This document shows positions 7,960 to 17,876 of a stretch of DNA of 24,000 nucleotides, in pieces; the stretch's first letter is position 1, and each line of letters starts with the position of its first letter. The position numbers and the translations under genes are program-made. This DNA is from an uncultured Actinomycetota bacterium (GTDB lineage: Bacteria > Actinomycetota > Actinomycetes > Nanopelagicales > Nanopelagicaceae): positions 2,679 through 26,678 of the forward strand of contig OY970213.1 of assembly GCA_963713935.1 (NCBI GenBank). Reading direction: 5' to 3'. Below the pieces are notes generated by a model. The model saw nothing but the letters and a program-made list of their open reading frames with translations, searched no databases and was not told the origin of the DNA.

Positions 7960-8667
7960 ATGCCAGAGGGTGTTCGTATTTCCGATCTGAAGATCATCCG
8001 TGACGGAAAAACGATCATCCCCGATCTCACGATGTACATAGATCGTGGAAAAATCGTGGGACTTCTGGGTCCAAGTGGCAGCGGAAAGACAACGATCATG
8101 CGAAGCATCGTCGGTGTCCAGGCCATTGCGGCAGGAAGCATTACCGTTTTTGGTCGCGAAGCAGGCTCGAAGGTTTTGAGAACTCGCATTGGATATTTCA
8201 CCCAGAGTGCAAGCATCTACACGGATTTAACGTGCCTTGAGAACCTACGTTACTTTGCGCGAATATTAGGTCAATCTGAAATCTCGGTACACGAAGTTCT
8301 TGAATTAGTTGATCTCACAAAGAATCAGAAGCAACTCGCTTCATCTTTGTCGGGTGGCGAGCGCGCCCGATTGGCACTTGCCACCGCCCTTCTAGGTAAA
8401 CCCGAGCTCCTAATTCTGGATGAGCCAACCGTTGGTCTCGATCCTGTACTTCGAAGAGACCTGTGGAATCTCTTCCATAAACTGGCCGATCAAGGCAAGA
8501 CGCTTCTCATAAGCAGCCACGTCATGGACGAGGCAGATCGATGTGATTCTCTATTTCTCCTTCGTGATGGGCGAATACTCGCCGGCGGCACGCCACAAGA
8601 ACTCAAGGCACAGGCAAACACTGACGAAATGGAAGAGGTCTTCATCTCCTTGGTAGAGCAGTCATGA
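7960..8667 (+). CDS. ABC transporter ATP-binding protein (ABC-2 exporter type)
   Basis: 235 aa with Walker A GPSGSGKTT, signature LSGGERARLALA and Walker B LLILDEPT. Confidence 0.92.
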   Translation: MPEGVRISDLKIIRDGKTIIPDLTMYIDRGKIVGLLGPSGSGKTTIMRSIVGVQAIAAGSITVFGREAGSKVLRTRIGYFTQSASIYTDLTCLENLRYFARILGQSEISVHEVLELVDLTKNQKQLASSLSGGERARLALATALLGKPELLILDEPTVGLDPVLRRDLWNLFHKLADQGKTLLISSHVMDEADRCDSLFLLRDGRILAGGTPQELKAQANTDEMEEVFISLVEQS

Positions 8668-9392
8668 GTATCCGACGCATCTGGGGCACGGCCCGCCGAA
8701 TTCTTTCGCAATTGCGCCACGATCCGCGCACGATTGCCCTGATGATCCTTGCTCCCGTTCTTTTAATGACGATCTTGAAATACGTGTATCAGAATCAGCC
8801 AATCGTCTTTCAACGAGTTGCAGCATCCTTACTTGGAATATTCCCGATGCTGGTCATGTTCCTGATTACAAGCGTTGGAACATTACGCGAGCGCACATCT
8901 GGCACACTCGAGCGCCTGCTCATCCTTCCAATCACCAAACTCGAATTCATATTGGGCTACGCAAAAGCGTTCGGCATCGCGGCATTGATCCAAGCGACAA
9001 TCGTCTCATCGGTTGCCCTTGGTCCACTGGGCCTGAAAATCGCTGGGTCCCAACTCATGCTCATAGTTGTCGCGATATTTGATGCACTGCTCGGAATGGC
9101 GATCGGAATTTTCGTAAGCTCCTTTGCGAAAACTGAGTTTCAAGCAGTTCAGTTTCTTCCGGCTGTGCTCTTCCCGCAATTACTCCTCAGTGGACTACTT
9201 GTCCCTCGAGGAAGTATGCCCTCCATCCTTCGTTTAATTTCTGATTACCTGCCGCTAACTTATGCCGTCGATGCGACTCAAAAAGTGGTGGCCGGGCAAG
9301 GTTCAGTAACCCGCGACTTCTTGATACTGGCGCTCTTCCTCTTTGGGCTACTTGCTGCAGGGGCTTTTACGCTCAAGAGGAAAACAAACTAA
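8664..9392 (+). CDS. ABC-2 type transporter permease
   Basis: 242 aa with about 6 TM segments. It has a 4-nt ATGA overlap with the ATPase gene and typical ABC-2 permease size and position. Confidence 0.85.
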   Translation: MSIRRIWGTARRILSQLRHDPRTIALMILAPVLLMTILKYVYQNQPIVFQRVAASLLGIFPMLVMFLITSVGTLRERTSGTLERLLILPITKLEFILGYAKAFGIAALIQATIVSSVALGPLGLKIAGSQLMLIVVAIFDALLGMAIGIFVSSFAKTEFQAVQFLPAVLFPQLLLSGLLVPRGSMPSILRLISDYLPLTYAVDATQKVVAGQGSVTRDFLILALFLFGLLAAGAFTLKRKTN

Positions 9393-9950
9393 TTACTTTA
9401 TCTTTTCACGCGATCTTGCGAACAACCAAACAAATAGTCCCGATACGAAGCTTCCAATCCCTATGGCGGCAAGCGCAATCCACACTCCCCGTGTCGCGCG
9501 TGCTTCAGTCTCTTTTAGGGATTGCGAAACGGAGACGTAGCCGAAATTTGGTAGGTAGTCCGTTATCGAGGCAAATCGCAAATCACGATTGGGTTGCCAG
9601 GTAACTCTGGTTTCTCCATTTCTTCTCGCATTGTCAAGAACTCCAACAGGAAGCGTCAAAGTTTGTCCATTCAAATGCTGGCTGCTACCTAGGACCTTTT
9701 TATTCAATGAATACAGGGTGATAAAAGGGTCTTGGTTTACCGACAGATCGATCTGTCTCCCTTTAAGGATCTCAGAAGGTTGAACGCCAGAGTGAAGATC
9801 AAACTCAACGGTCTGGGCTAACTGGAGCAAAGGCAAATTCATCGACGATCGGCCCTCTTGTTGCACGAAGACATACGAAGTCATAATCGATAGACCAAAG
9901 AGGAAGACAGTGAGCAGCCAAACATAAAGATATTTTGCTTTAGCGACCAT
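9393..9950 (-). CDS. Uncharacterised 2-TM membrane protein with a roughly 130-aa extracytoplasmic domain (topology like a histidine-kinase sensor loop, but no kinase part)
   Basis: 185 aa. N-terminal TM is YLYVWLLTVFLFGLSIMTSYVFV and C-terminal TM is GVWIALAAIGIGSFVSGLFVWLF, followed by ARSREKIK-stop. It starts 29 bp downstream of kdpE on the same strand. Its stop abuts the stop of the convergent permease gene (TAATTA, 9390..9395). I recognise no family. Confidence 0.65.
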   Translation of the reverse strand: MVAKAKYLYVWLLTVFLFGLSIMTSYVFVQQEGRSSMNLPLLQLAQTVEFDLHSGVQPSEILKGRQIDLSVNQDPFITLYSLNKKVLGSSQHLNGQTLTLPVGVLDNARRNGETRVTWQPNRDLRFASITDYLPNFGYVSVSQSLKETEARATRGVWIALAAIGIGSFVSGLFVWLFARSREKIK

Positions 9951-9979
9951 ATCTGAAAACTATTGGCAGATACCTCGAA

Positions 9980-10684
9980 TTACAACTGGGGATTTGGCTG
10001 GGGATTTGGCAGGAATCTATAACCCAAACCCGTTTCGGTTAAGAAATATTTTGGAGCTGACGCATCAGGCTCCAATTTTTGACGCAGTTGAGAAATGTAC
10101 AAGCGCAAATACCCTTGTTCGCGTTCGAACCCTTTGCCACCGATACCATTGAGTAAAGCTCGTTTGGTGACAAGTTTGCCCTGATTCTGGACGAGAATTT
10201 CCAAAACTTGCCACTCAATAGGCGTCAAACGAACGAGCTTTGTCCCCGTCTGACTCGTGATGCTCCTTCTTGCAAGATCAACTTCCCACTCGCCGATATA
10301 GATCGTCGGCTCCTCGGCAGTAGTGCCGACCCGCCTGGTGACTGCGTAGATTCGCGCAAAGAATTCCTCAATGTTGAACGGTTTTGTAATGTAGTCATCA
10401 GCTCCTTTGCCAAGCGCCTCGACTTTGTGAACCGCATCAGATCTTCCAGATAGAACCAGTATCGGCACTTTGCTCCAGCGCCTCAAGCCTTCAATAACTT
10501 TCACTCCGCTGATATCCGGAAGACCCAGGTCCACAACTACTACATCAGGCCTCTTCTCGGCTGCCATTTCCAAACCTTCTTCGCCAGTTGCGGCGGCAAT
10601 CATGGATAGACCGCGGGCCTGCATGTTGATTCCGAGCGCGCGAATGATTTGCGGCTCATCATCAATGACTAGGACCTTTAACAT
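9980..10684 (-). CDS. kdpE: KDP operon response regulator KdpE (OmpR family)
   Basis: 234 aa. The receiver domain (MLKVLVIDDEPQI...VVVVDLGLPD...KPF) is joined to a winged-helix output (LTPIEWQVLEIL...GLGYRF). It sits directly downstream of kdpD. Confidence 0.9.
   Translation of the reverse strand: MLKVLVIDDEPQIIRALGINMQARGLSMIAAATGEEGLEMAAEKRPDVVVVDLGLPDISGVKVIEGLRRWSKVPILVLSGRSDAVHKVEALGKGADDYITKPFNIEEFFARIYAVTRRVGTTAEEPTIYIGEWEVDLARRSITSQTGTKLVRLTPIEWQVLEILVQNQGKLVTKRALLNGIGGKGFEREQGYLRLYISQLRQKLEPDASAPKYFLTETGLGYRFLPNPQPNPQL
9986..10009. repeat. Perfect 12-bp tandem duplication (ctggggatttgg x2) inside the 3' end of kdpE
   Basis: Read directly: 9986..9997 equals 9998..10009. It encodes the C-terminal PNPQPNPQ tail after the conserved GYRF end of the DNA-binding domain. 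Confidence 0.9.
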
Positions 10685-10690
10685 GAAGGC

Positions 10691-13225
10691 TTAACCTTTC
10701 GCCGTGTCTTCGGGCGCGATAGGAATGGAAACGACAACCGTGAGACCACCTTTAAGGGTCTCTTCCAAGGCGAGGTTGCCGCCGATTGCTTCAACAAGTC
10801 CCTTTGAAAGTGCCAGACCTAAGCCAACTCCTTGCTTGTTATTTACGTCGCCGAGACGTTTAAAGGGAGTAAAGAGCTTCGAAGTATCTGATAAATCAAG
10901 CCCTCTTCCGTGATCAATGATGCGGATCTGAACATTTCGGGACCGACGCGAAAGTGTGACGGATGGTTTCTCTTTCGAAGCTCCGTGAGTGAGTGCATTT
11001 GATATGAGGTTAGCCAAGACACGTTCCAACAGGCCGGCATCTGTTTTGATTTCAGGTAGATCCGAGGCAAATGAAAGTTCGAGGTCATCGGCAGTGACAG
11101 GAATAGATGAGAGCACCTGTGGAATGAAATCTGGGAAGCAAACTCGATCAAAGTGGACGGCTAATGCTCCTGCCTGAAGGCGACTCATATCCAACAAGTT
11201 GTCAATTAACTTGTTGAGCCTCTCTAATGAATTTTCGGCAGTCTCCAGAAGTCCCCTGCGATTTTCATCCGTCCAATGTACGGATTCATTTCTCAAACTT
11301 GATACTGACGCCAAGGCAGATGCGAGCGGGCCGCGAAGATCATGACTAACTGCTGAAAGAAGGGCACTTCTCATGCGATCTGCTTCTGCCAACTCTGTCG
11401 CATGTCGAGCTTGATCGCTCAATATTTCTCGCTCCCACATAAGTTCCAACTGAGCCGAGAGCGCCTCGAGAACTCGCGAATCTTGCGGACCCAAGACTCG
11501 CCCGCTACCGACGAGGGTCAGCGATTGATTGATGCTCCATTCGAATTCGGTCGATGTAGAGGATTGATCGAATACCCTTTCCGGCACAGCGCTCTTCACG
11601 ACCTTGGGTCCTTCCAATCCGGTGGCTGGCTTATAGACCAGGGACAGGGTTGAGAACGAGAGAACTTTGCGGGCATTTTCGATAAGGCCAGCAATTCCTG
11701 AATCTCCACGTAAAACTTTTCCGGCCAGAGCAGAAAGTACGGAAGATTCTTTGGAGGCATCCAGTGCTTGCCGAGTCCTCTTTGCCGATTGTTCGGCCAG
11801 CGACGAAATAATTATTGCATCGAATAAGAACACAAGAAGGGCAATCACATTGTTCTTCTCGGCGATGGTAAAGGTATGAATCGGCGGAATGAAGTAAAAG
11901 TTCAGCAAGGCTGTTGATACAAGAGCAGAAATGATCGATGGGATGAACCCGCCCAATATGGCAATGAAGGTATCTGCGATAAGAAAAATCAAACCATCGC
12001 TGAACGGATTCAAGCTGCTACGGAGAAGCGAGAGAATATACGTGAGCAGCGGGAGCAAGATTGCTAGAAGCAATAACGCCTGAACTCTCCTAATTGTGCT
12101 CACGCCCCGATTACCGAGTAGCCGTCGAGTTTTAGATCTTGATGCATGCTCATGAGTTACCAAGTGCACGTCAATCTCTTCGGAGAGGCGAGTCACCTTT
12201 GAAGCGATCGCCTCTCCCTGAAGCAACCTCCTCCATCGGCCTTTGCTTGTCACACCAAGCACCACTTGAGTGGCATTCACGCTGCGAGCGAAATCAATGA
12301 TTGCCTCGGGGACATTTTCCGAGGCAACTTGATGAAAACTTCCGCGCATGGATTCAGTCAAGGTTTCAAAACGAGTCAATCTGGCAACGTCTGTCGCACT
12401 GACCCCATCGTTATTCAAAACATGAACAGCGAAGAGCTTGGCACCCGGAGTTCGATCAGCGATACGTGAGGCCCGCTTAATGATCGTTTCGCCCTCTAAT
12501 GAATCATTAACCGCGACAACAATGCGCTCCTGCGCCTCCCAAATGTCCTGAATTCCTTCAGATTTTCTGTACTCCTGCAATCCCTTTTCAACTTTGTCTG
12601 CAACCCACAAAAGTGCAAGTTCACGCAAAGCAGCAAGGTTTCCTTTTCGGAAATAGTTGGAAAGTGCGGCATCAATTTTCTCTGCCGCATAAATATTGCC
12701 GTGAACCATGCGCCTTTGAAGTGCTTCAGGAGAAATATCCACGATCTCTACTTGGTCGGCCTGGCGCAGGAACGCATCAGGGACCGTTTCGCGCTGTTCG
12801 ATGCCGGTAATTCCTTGGACGACGTCATTGAGGGATTCAAGGTGTTGAATATTGACAGTAGAGATAACGTCAATTCCAGCGTCGAGAATTGCGTCAATAT
12901 CCTGCCATCGTTTTTCGTTTATCGAACCAGGAATATTGGTGTGAGCAAGCTCGTCGATAAGCGCAACATCGGGTTGGCGTCTGAGAATCTCGTCCAAGTC
13001 CATCTCAAGAAACTCGGTGCCTTGATAGGCAAGTTTTCTTCGCGGAACCACCGTCAAGCCGGCTAATTTTTCCTCGGTGTGTGCACGACCATGAGTTTCA
13101 ACAATTCCAGCGAGAACATTGGCTCCCCGCTCTTGTCTGCGCCTGCCCTCGTCCAACATGGCAAAGGTCTTGCCCACGCCCGGCGCCATTCCAAGATAGA
13201 CGCGAAGACTGCCTCTCTTAGTCAC
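10691..13225 (-). CDS. kdpD: Sensor histidine kinase KdpD
   Basis: 844 aa. The N-terminal KdpD domain has a P-loop (YLGMAPGVGKTFAML). It is followed by a Usp-like region, a 4-TM block, the H-box LSAVSHDLRGPL and an HATPase_c region (DHGRGL...GVGLGLALSKG). Confidence 0.95.
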   Translation of the reverse strand: MTKRGSLRVYLGMAPGVGKTFAMLDEGRRRQERGANVLAGIVETHGRAHTEEKLAGLTVVPRRKLAYQGTEFLEMDLDEILRRQPDVALIDELAHTNIPGSINEKRWQDIDAILDAGIDVISTVNIQHLESLNDVVQGITGIEQRETVPDAFLRQADQVEIVDISPEALQRRMVHGNIYAAEKIDAALSNYFRKGNLAALRELALLWVADKVEKGLQEYRKSEGIQDIWEAQERIVVAVNDSLEGETIIKRASRIADRTPGAKLFAVHVLNNDGVSATDVARLTRFETLTESMRGSFHQVASENVPEAIIDFARSVNATQVVLGVTSKGRWRRLLQGEAIASKVTRLSEEIDVHLVTHEHASRSKTRRLLGNRGVSTIRRVQALLLLAILLPLLTYILSLLRSSLNPFSDGLIFLIADTFIAILGGFIPSIISALVSTALLNFYFIPPIHTFTIAEKNNVIALLVFLFDAIIISSLAEQSAKRTRQALDASKESSVLSALAGKVLRGDSGIAGLIENARKVLSFSTLSLVYKPATGLEGPKVVKSAVPERVFDQSSTSTEFEWSINQSLTLVGSGRVLGPQDSRVLEALSAQLELMWEREILSDQARHATELAEADRMRSALLSAVSHDLRGPLASALASVSSLRNESVHWTDENRRGLLETAENSLERLNKLIDNLLDMSRLQAGALAVHFDRVCFPDFIPQVLSSIPVTADDLELSFASDLPEIKTDAGLLERVLANLISNALTHGASKEKPSVTLSRRSRNVQIRIIDHGRGLDLSDTSKLFTPFKRLGDVNNKQGVGLGLALSKGLVEAIGGNLALEETLKGGLTVVVSIPIAPEDTAKG

Positions 13226-13249
13226 GCAGCCCCCTCAGACGCTTTGAAG

Positions 13250-13831
13250 TTACTTTATTGAATCTAGTGCGATGTTCAACTGTAGAACATTGACTCGAGG
13301 TTCTCCTAGAAAGCCAAACAACCGTGGCTGGATCTTCTGTTGAACAAGAGCATTAACTGCCGAAACCGAAAGATGTCTAGCTCCTGCAACACGAGCAACT
13401 TGCAGAAACGCATACGCAGGTGAAATATCGGGGTCCAAGCCCGATGCGCTTGTGGTGACCGCATCAGGGGGAACTTGCGAGGGTTGGACACCATTCTCTT
13501 TGGCAACCGCCGCACGTTGAGCGTTGATTGACTTCACCAGGGAGGGTTCGTTAGGTCCGGCGTTGGTGGCGCCGGAACTTAAGGCATCGTAACCGTCTTT
13601 GCCAGCGGCGCTAAGTCGAGGGTGGAACCAATTGGCTCCAGGGAAATTCTGACCGAGAAGAGATGAACCAACTACTTTGCCATTGGAGGTTACAAATGAA
13701 CCCTGCGCTTGATGCTTCATGGTTACTTGACCAACACCATATATTGCAACTGGATAGAGGACTCCAACGATCAAAGTTATTCCGATGAGTAATCGGAGAG
13801 CCGTCATATATTGTCTAACGATGCCCATCAT
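13250..13831 (-). CDS. kdpC: Potassium-transporting ATPase subunit KdpC
   Basis: 193 aa with a single N-terminal TM. It has KdpC motifs (SNGKVVGSSLLGQNF, SSGATNAGP, TTSASGLDPDISPAYA) and overlaps the kdpB stop by 1 nt. Confidence 0.93.
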   Translation of the reverse strand: MMGIVRQYMTALRLLIGITLIVGVLYPVAIYGVGQVTMKHQAQGSFVTSNGKVVGSSLLGQNFPGANWFHPRLSAAGKDGYDALSSGATNAGPNEPSLVKSINAQRAAVAKENGVQPSQVPPDAVTTSASGLDPDISPAYAFLQVARVAGARHLSVSAVNALVQQKIQPRLFGFLGEPRVNVLQLNIALDSIK

Positions 13832-15927
13832 TACCCCAATCCCGGAATAAGTTGAACTAAGAGATCAATTGCCTTGATTCCTATGAAGGGCGCAATAAGC
13901 CCGCCCACTCCATAAATCATTATGTTTCTCGTCAGCATCGCAGAAGCCGAAGCAGGGTGATACTTGACCCCCCGCAGGGCCAGTGGGACTAAGGCCACGA
14001 TAATAATTGCGTTGAATATCACCGCCGAGAGAATCGCCGAATGGGGACTGTGCAGGTGCATGATGTTCAATTTTCCCAATCCTGGGAATACGGGGGCGAA
14101 CATCGCAGGCAAGATTGCGAAATACTTGGCCACGTCATTGGCAATAGAGAACGTAGTCAACGCACCTCGAGTGATCAGAAGTTGTTTGCCGATCTGGACG
14201 ATTTCAATCAATTTCGTCGGATCGGAATCCAGATCCACCATATTGCCGGCTTCTTTTGCAGCAGATGTTCCGGAATTCATCGCAACGCCCACATCGGCCT
14301 GTGCAAGGGCAGGGGCATCGTTTGTCCCGTCGCCGGCCATTGCAACTAGCCGTCCGCCTTCTTGCTCGCTCTTAATCAAGGTCATTTTGTCTTCCGGGGT
14401 TGCTTCAGCGAGGAAGTCATCAACCCCGGCCTCGCGCGCGATAAATTCGGCAGTTATAGCGTTGTCACCCGTAATCATCACGGTTCGAATTCCCATTGCG
14501 CGCAGTTCATCGAAGCGCGCTTTCATTCCTGGCTTTACTACATCCTTCAAATGAACGACACCAAGAACGCGGGAACTTGAACCAATTCTCTCCGCCACAA
14601 CAAGTGGAGTGCCGCCCGACTTCGAAATATCATCAACGGCAGATTGAAGATCAGAGGGGGCTACGCCGGATCCTTCATGTATCCATCCCAGAACGGACGA
14701 CGTAGCACCTTTGCGGAATTGACTGACAGAGCTCCCACTAGTGAGGTCACATCCACTCATTCTTGTCTGTGCAGTAAAGGGGATGAACTCGGCACCCTTA
14801 GCATCAGGAAGAACTTCATCCGCATCGAACCCAGATTCCCTGGCAAGTTCAATAATTGATTTTCCTTCGGGCGTTTCATCCGCGAAACTCGCCAGATAGG
14901 CAGCACGAACCAGATCAACGTATGGTGTTTGACCAACAGGAAGTAGTTCCACTGCTTGTCTGTTTCCGAAAGTTATCGTTCCGGTCTTGTCCAAAAGAAG
15001 CGTATTCACATCACCGGCAGCTTCAACGGCTCGCCCTGACATTGCCAAGACATTTCGCTGTACAAGACGATCCATCCCTGCAATTCCAATTGCTGAGAGC
15101 AGAGCACCGATCGTGGTCGGGATCAAACAAACTATCAGTGAGACCAAGACGACGATGGTCTGTTTGGCGCTACTGAAAATTGCCAAGGGTTGAAGCGTGA
15201 CAACTGCAAGCAGAAAGATGATGGTCAAACTTGCTAAAAGAATATTCAGGGCAATTTCATTTGGTGTTTTCTGACGCGAGGCCCCTTCCACCAAGGCAAT
15301 CATTCGATCAAGGAAGGTCTCCCCAGCACGCGCGGTTATGCGAACGACAATGCGATCGGAGAGAACTTTGGTTCCGCCAGTCACAGAGGAGCGATCCCCG
15401 CCCGCCTCTCGAATTACCGGAGCAGACTCACCAGTAATGGCAGATTCGTCAATGCTGGCAATGCCCTCGATAATTTCGCCATCACTCGGAACCGAGTCTC
15501 CGCCTTCGCAGACGACCAAGTCTCCAAGGGTGAGCTCGGCACTGGATACCAAGCTCTCCTTCCCGTCAGCAGTCAACTTTCTTGCCATTGTCTGAGTGCG
15601 TGCCTTCTTAAGACTTTCGGCTTGAGCTTTGCCTCGGCCCTCTGCAATAGCCTCGGCCAGGTTTGCAAATAGCACCGTTCCCCATAGCCACACGACAATC
15701 CACCACGAAAAGACATTGGTATGCAATATTGCGAGGACTGTTGTTAAGGCAGCGCCGATTTCCACGACGAACATAACCGGGTTCTTTGCAAGCGTCACAG
15801 GGTTGAGTTTCTTTAACGCAGAGGGCATTTCCGAATACAACATTCGGAAATCAAGAACGCCCTTGGACTTCTTCGGATGATGTTCCACGTGGTGCAACTC
15901 TGGAACATTCAGTGTTGTTTGGCTCAT
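13831..15927 (-). CDS. kdpB: Potassium-transporting P-type ATPase subunit KdpB
   Basis: 698 aa with [29 protein letters not shown] and the KdpB-type TM4 [15 protein letters not shown]. It has an ATGA overlap with kdpA. Confidence 0.97.
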   Translation of the reverse strand: MSQTTLNVPELHHVEHHPKKSKGVLDFRMLYSEMPSALKKLNPVTLAKNPVMFVVEIGAALTTVLAILHTNVFSWWIVVWLWGTVLFANLAEAIAEGRGKAQAESLKKARTQTMARKLTADGKESLVSSAELTLGDLVVCEGGDSVPSDGEIIEGIASIDESAITGESAPVIREAGGDRSSVTGGTKVLSDRIVVRITARAGETFLDRMIALVEGASRQKTPNEIALNILLASLTIIFLLAVVTLQPLAIFSSAKQTIVVLVSLIVCLIPTTIGALLSAIGIAGMDRLVQRNVLAMSGRAVEAAGDVNTLLLDKTGTITFGNRQAVELLPVGQTPYVDLVRAAYLASFADETPEGKSIIELARESGFDADEVLPDAKGAEFIPFTAQTRMSGCDLTSGSSVSQFRKGATSSVLGWIHEGSGVAPSDLQSAVDDISKSGGTPLVVAERIGSSSRVLGVVHLKDVVKPGMKARFDELRAMGIRTVMITGDNAITAEFIAREAGVDDFLAEATPEDKMTLIKSEQEGGRLVAMAGDGTNDAPALAQADVGVAMNSGTSAAKEAGNMVDLDSDPTKLIEIVQIGKQLLITRGALTTFSIANDVAKYFAILPAMFAPVFPGLGKLNIMHLHSPHSAILSAVIFNAIIIVALVPLALRGVKYHPASASAMLTRNIMIYGVGGLIAPFIGIKAIDLLVQLIPGLG

Positions 15928-17585
15928 AGGATCCCCTCCGCCAGTGGTCCAAGCGCAAGTGCAGGTAAGTAAGTTAAAGCGACCACAATGATCGCCACAG
16001 AGATCAGAAGAGCGACAAAGAGGAAGTTATTGGTTTTCAAAGTTCCTTGGGTAACCGGCACGTGTCCTTGCTTGGCCAAAGATCCCGCCAAGCCCAAAAC
16101 GAAGAGCATCGGAATGAAGCGGCCCAAAAGCATCGTGACTCCTAGAGCAATATTGAGAAAGGATGTATTGCCGCTAAAACCAGCGAACGCACTTCCATTG
16201 TTGTTAGCAGCTGATGTAAATGCATAAAGGATTTCGCTGAGTCCGTGTTGGCCAGATGCGGAAATTGATTTCCGCGCCCCGGCGTTGGAAATCGCAATTG
16301 CCGTCCCCATTAAAACCAAGGCTGGAGTCGCCAGAATGTAGAGGGACGCAAATTTCATCTCCCTCCCCTGTATTTTCTTTCCAAGATATTCCGGGGTCCT
16401 CCCAACCATCAATCCGCATATAAAGACGGTCAATATGGCAATAATCAACATTCCGTAGAGGACAGATCCAACACCCCCCGGAGCGACTTCGCCTAACATC
16501 ATGTTGAAGAGTAGAAATCCACCTGCCAGAGGCGTAAAAGATTCATGCGCGGAGTCAATCGCTCCGGTAGATGTAACGGTCGTAGCCGTGGCAAATAACG
16601 CAGATTGGCCAATCCCAAATCTCGTTTCCTTACCTTCCATCGACGAACCCGCAGCATGTAGCGCGGTTCCTGCGTGATGCATTTCAAAGGCAGTGGTGGC
16701 AGAAAGCGTGCCAAGAAATAGGACCGCCATGGCGGCCAGAATTGCTCGGCCCTGACCTTTGCTTCCAACCAACTGTCCGAAAGTGCGTGGTAGAGAAAAA
16801 GGGATTATTAAGATCATCACGATTTCCAGCCAATTCGTGAACGGATTGGGATTTTCGAATGGATGCGAGGAGTTGGCGTTGAAGAAACCTCCGCCATTGG
16901 TGCCGAGCTCTTTGATGGCTTCTTGGCTAGCGACCGGGCCACCGGGCACATTCTGAATTCCGCCACTCAATGTGTGAACCGCATGAACAGGATTGAAGTT
17001 CTGGATAACGCCGTTCGCCAACAGTATTAATGCGGCGACGATTGATAGTGGTAGGAGGATTCGGAACGTCGCCCGACAAAAGTCGACCCAGAAATTACCC
17101 AAGCGATCGTGCTGGCGAGCCAAGAAGCCACGGACGAGTGCTATAGCTACGGCAAGTCCGACTGCAGTAGAGGCGAAGTTTTGTACCGCTAGGCCGGCCA
17201 TCTGAGCCACGAAGCCCATGGTGGATTCGCCCGAATAGTTCTGCCAGTTGGTATTGGTAACAAATGAAACTGCAGTATTCCACGAGAGCGCAGGAGGCAC
17301 ATTCTTCATACCCATCGCAAGAGGTAACCAATGTTGAATCCTGAGCATTAAGTACAAGAAAAAGATTGCAATGGCCGAAAAACTCAACATGGACGTCGCA
17401 TACGTCTTCCAGGACTGTTCGGCGTCGGGATTAACGCCAACCGTTCTGTAAAAGAGGCGCTCGGCACGGCTATGAGACTTGGAGGAAAAAACCCGCGCCA
17501 TGTAATCGCCTAGGGGAACGTATGCGATAGCTAATGTTGCAATAACGGCAATATCAGTCAGAATTGTTGCTGGAACTTCATTCAT
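15924..17585 (-). CDS. kdpA: Potassium-transporting ATPase channel subunit KdpA
   Basis: 553 aa, polytopic, with KdpA selectivity-filter-like repeats ([37 protein letters not shown]). Confidence 0.96.
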   Translation of the reverse strand: MNEVPATILTDIAVIATLAIAYVPLGDYMARVFSSKSHSRAERLFYRTVGVNPDAEQSWKTYATSMLSFSAIAIFFLYLMLRIQHWLPLAMGMKNVPPALSWNTAVSFVTNTNWQNYSGESTMGFVAQMAGLAVQNFASTAVGLAVAIALVRGFLARQHDRLGNFWVDFCRATFRILLPLSIVAALILLANGVIQNFNPVHAVHTLSGGIQNVPGGPVASQEAIKELGTNGGGFFNANSSHPFENPNPFTNWLEIVMILIIPFSLPRTFGQLVGSKGQGRAILAAMAVLFLGTLSATTAFEMHHAGTALHAAGSSMEGKETRFGIGQSALFATATTVTSTGAIDSAHESFTPLAGGFLLFNMMLGEVAPGGVGSVLYGMLIIAILTVFICGLMVGRTPEYLGKKIQGREMKFASLYILATPALVLMGTAIAISNAGARKSISASGQHGLSEILYAFTSAANNNGSAFAGFSGNTSFLNIALGVTMLLGRFIPMLFVLGLAGSLAKQGHVPVTQGTLKTNNFLFVALLISVAIIVVALTYLPALALGPLAEGIL

Positions 17586-17671
17586 TAGAAGCGCTCCGGG
17601 AATATGAGGGCGTCAACCAAATAGCCAGCCAGCAGAATGGAGATGACCAGACCTACTAGACCCTCGCTCAT
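17585..17671 (-). CDS. kdpF: KdpF, small subunit of the Kdp ATPase (28 aa)
   Basis: Below the ORF-track size cutoff. My hand translation gives [28 protein letters not shown]-stop. It has KdpF-like length, a GYLV..AL core and a PERF end. TAATG shares 1 nt with the kdpA start. Confidence 0.85.
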   Translation of the reverse strand: MSEGLVGLVISILLAGYLVDALIFPERF

Positions 17672-17751
17672 AACTTAGCTAGGCCCTTCAATAGAAGCCC
17701 CAAACTTACGAAAAGAGCACCTGTTAAAAGCACCAACAAGAAATCGGCCAT
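17668..17751 (-). CDS. Candidate 27-aa single-TM peptide, first cistron of the kdp operon (uncharacterised)
   Basis: My hand translation gives [27 protein letters not shown]-stop. It is preceded by GGAGGAG (17754..17760), the best SD in the kdp upstream region. Its TGA overlaps the kdpF ATG (ATGA). I have no homology evidence available. Confidence 0.5.
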   Translation of the reverse strand: MADFLLVLLTGALFVSLGLLLKGLAKL

Positions 17752-17876
17752 AACTCCTCCATTAATTACTCAATTGAGGACTTTAGGCGCGAACATGGCA
17801 AAGCGAAGCCGATACTCCTGATTCCTAACGCTTTACAAACGACTTCTTTCTAACCCTTTCAAATCAGAGGAAGGGT
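17752..17876 (-). promoter_or_regulatory. kdp operon upstream region. The promoter and KdpE operator are expected here but are not resolved to motifs.
   Basis: This 125-bp spacer is the largest on the minus-strand gene run. It contains a hairpin AACCCTT-N12-AAGGGTT (17852..17877) overlapping the SPFH stop codon, and an 8-bp inverted repeat at 17798..17805 / 17829..17836. Confidence 0.4.

Noticed and set aside
7758-8216. 152-aa minus-strand ORF spanning the OYE 3' end and the ABC ATPase 5' end.
   Set aside because: It overlaps two confidently assigned plus-strand genes, including the Walker A region, and has no recognisable features.
13964-14554. 196-aa plus-strand ORF and several other 60-100-aa ORFs inside kdpB, kdpA and kdpD.
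   Set aside because: They are antisense or alternate-frame shadows of highly recognisable Kdp genes, with Ala/Ser/Arg/Pro-rich low-complexity translations.
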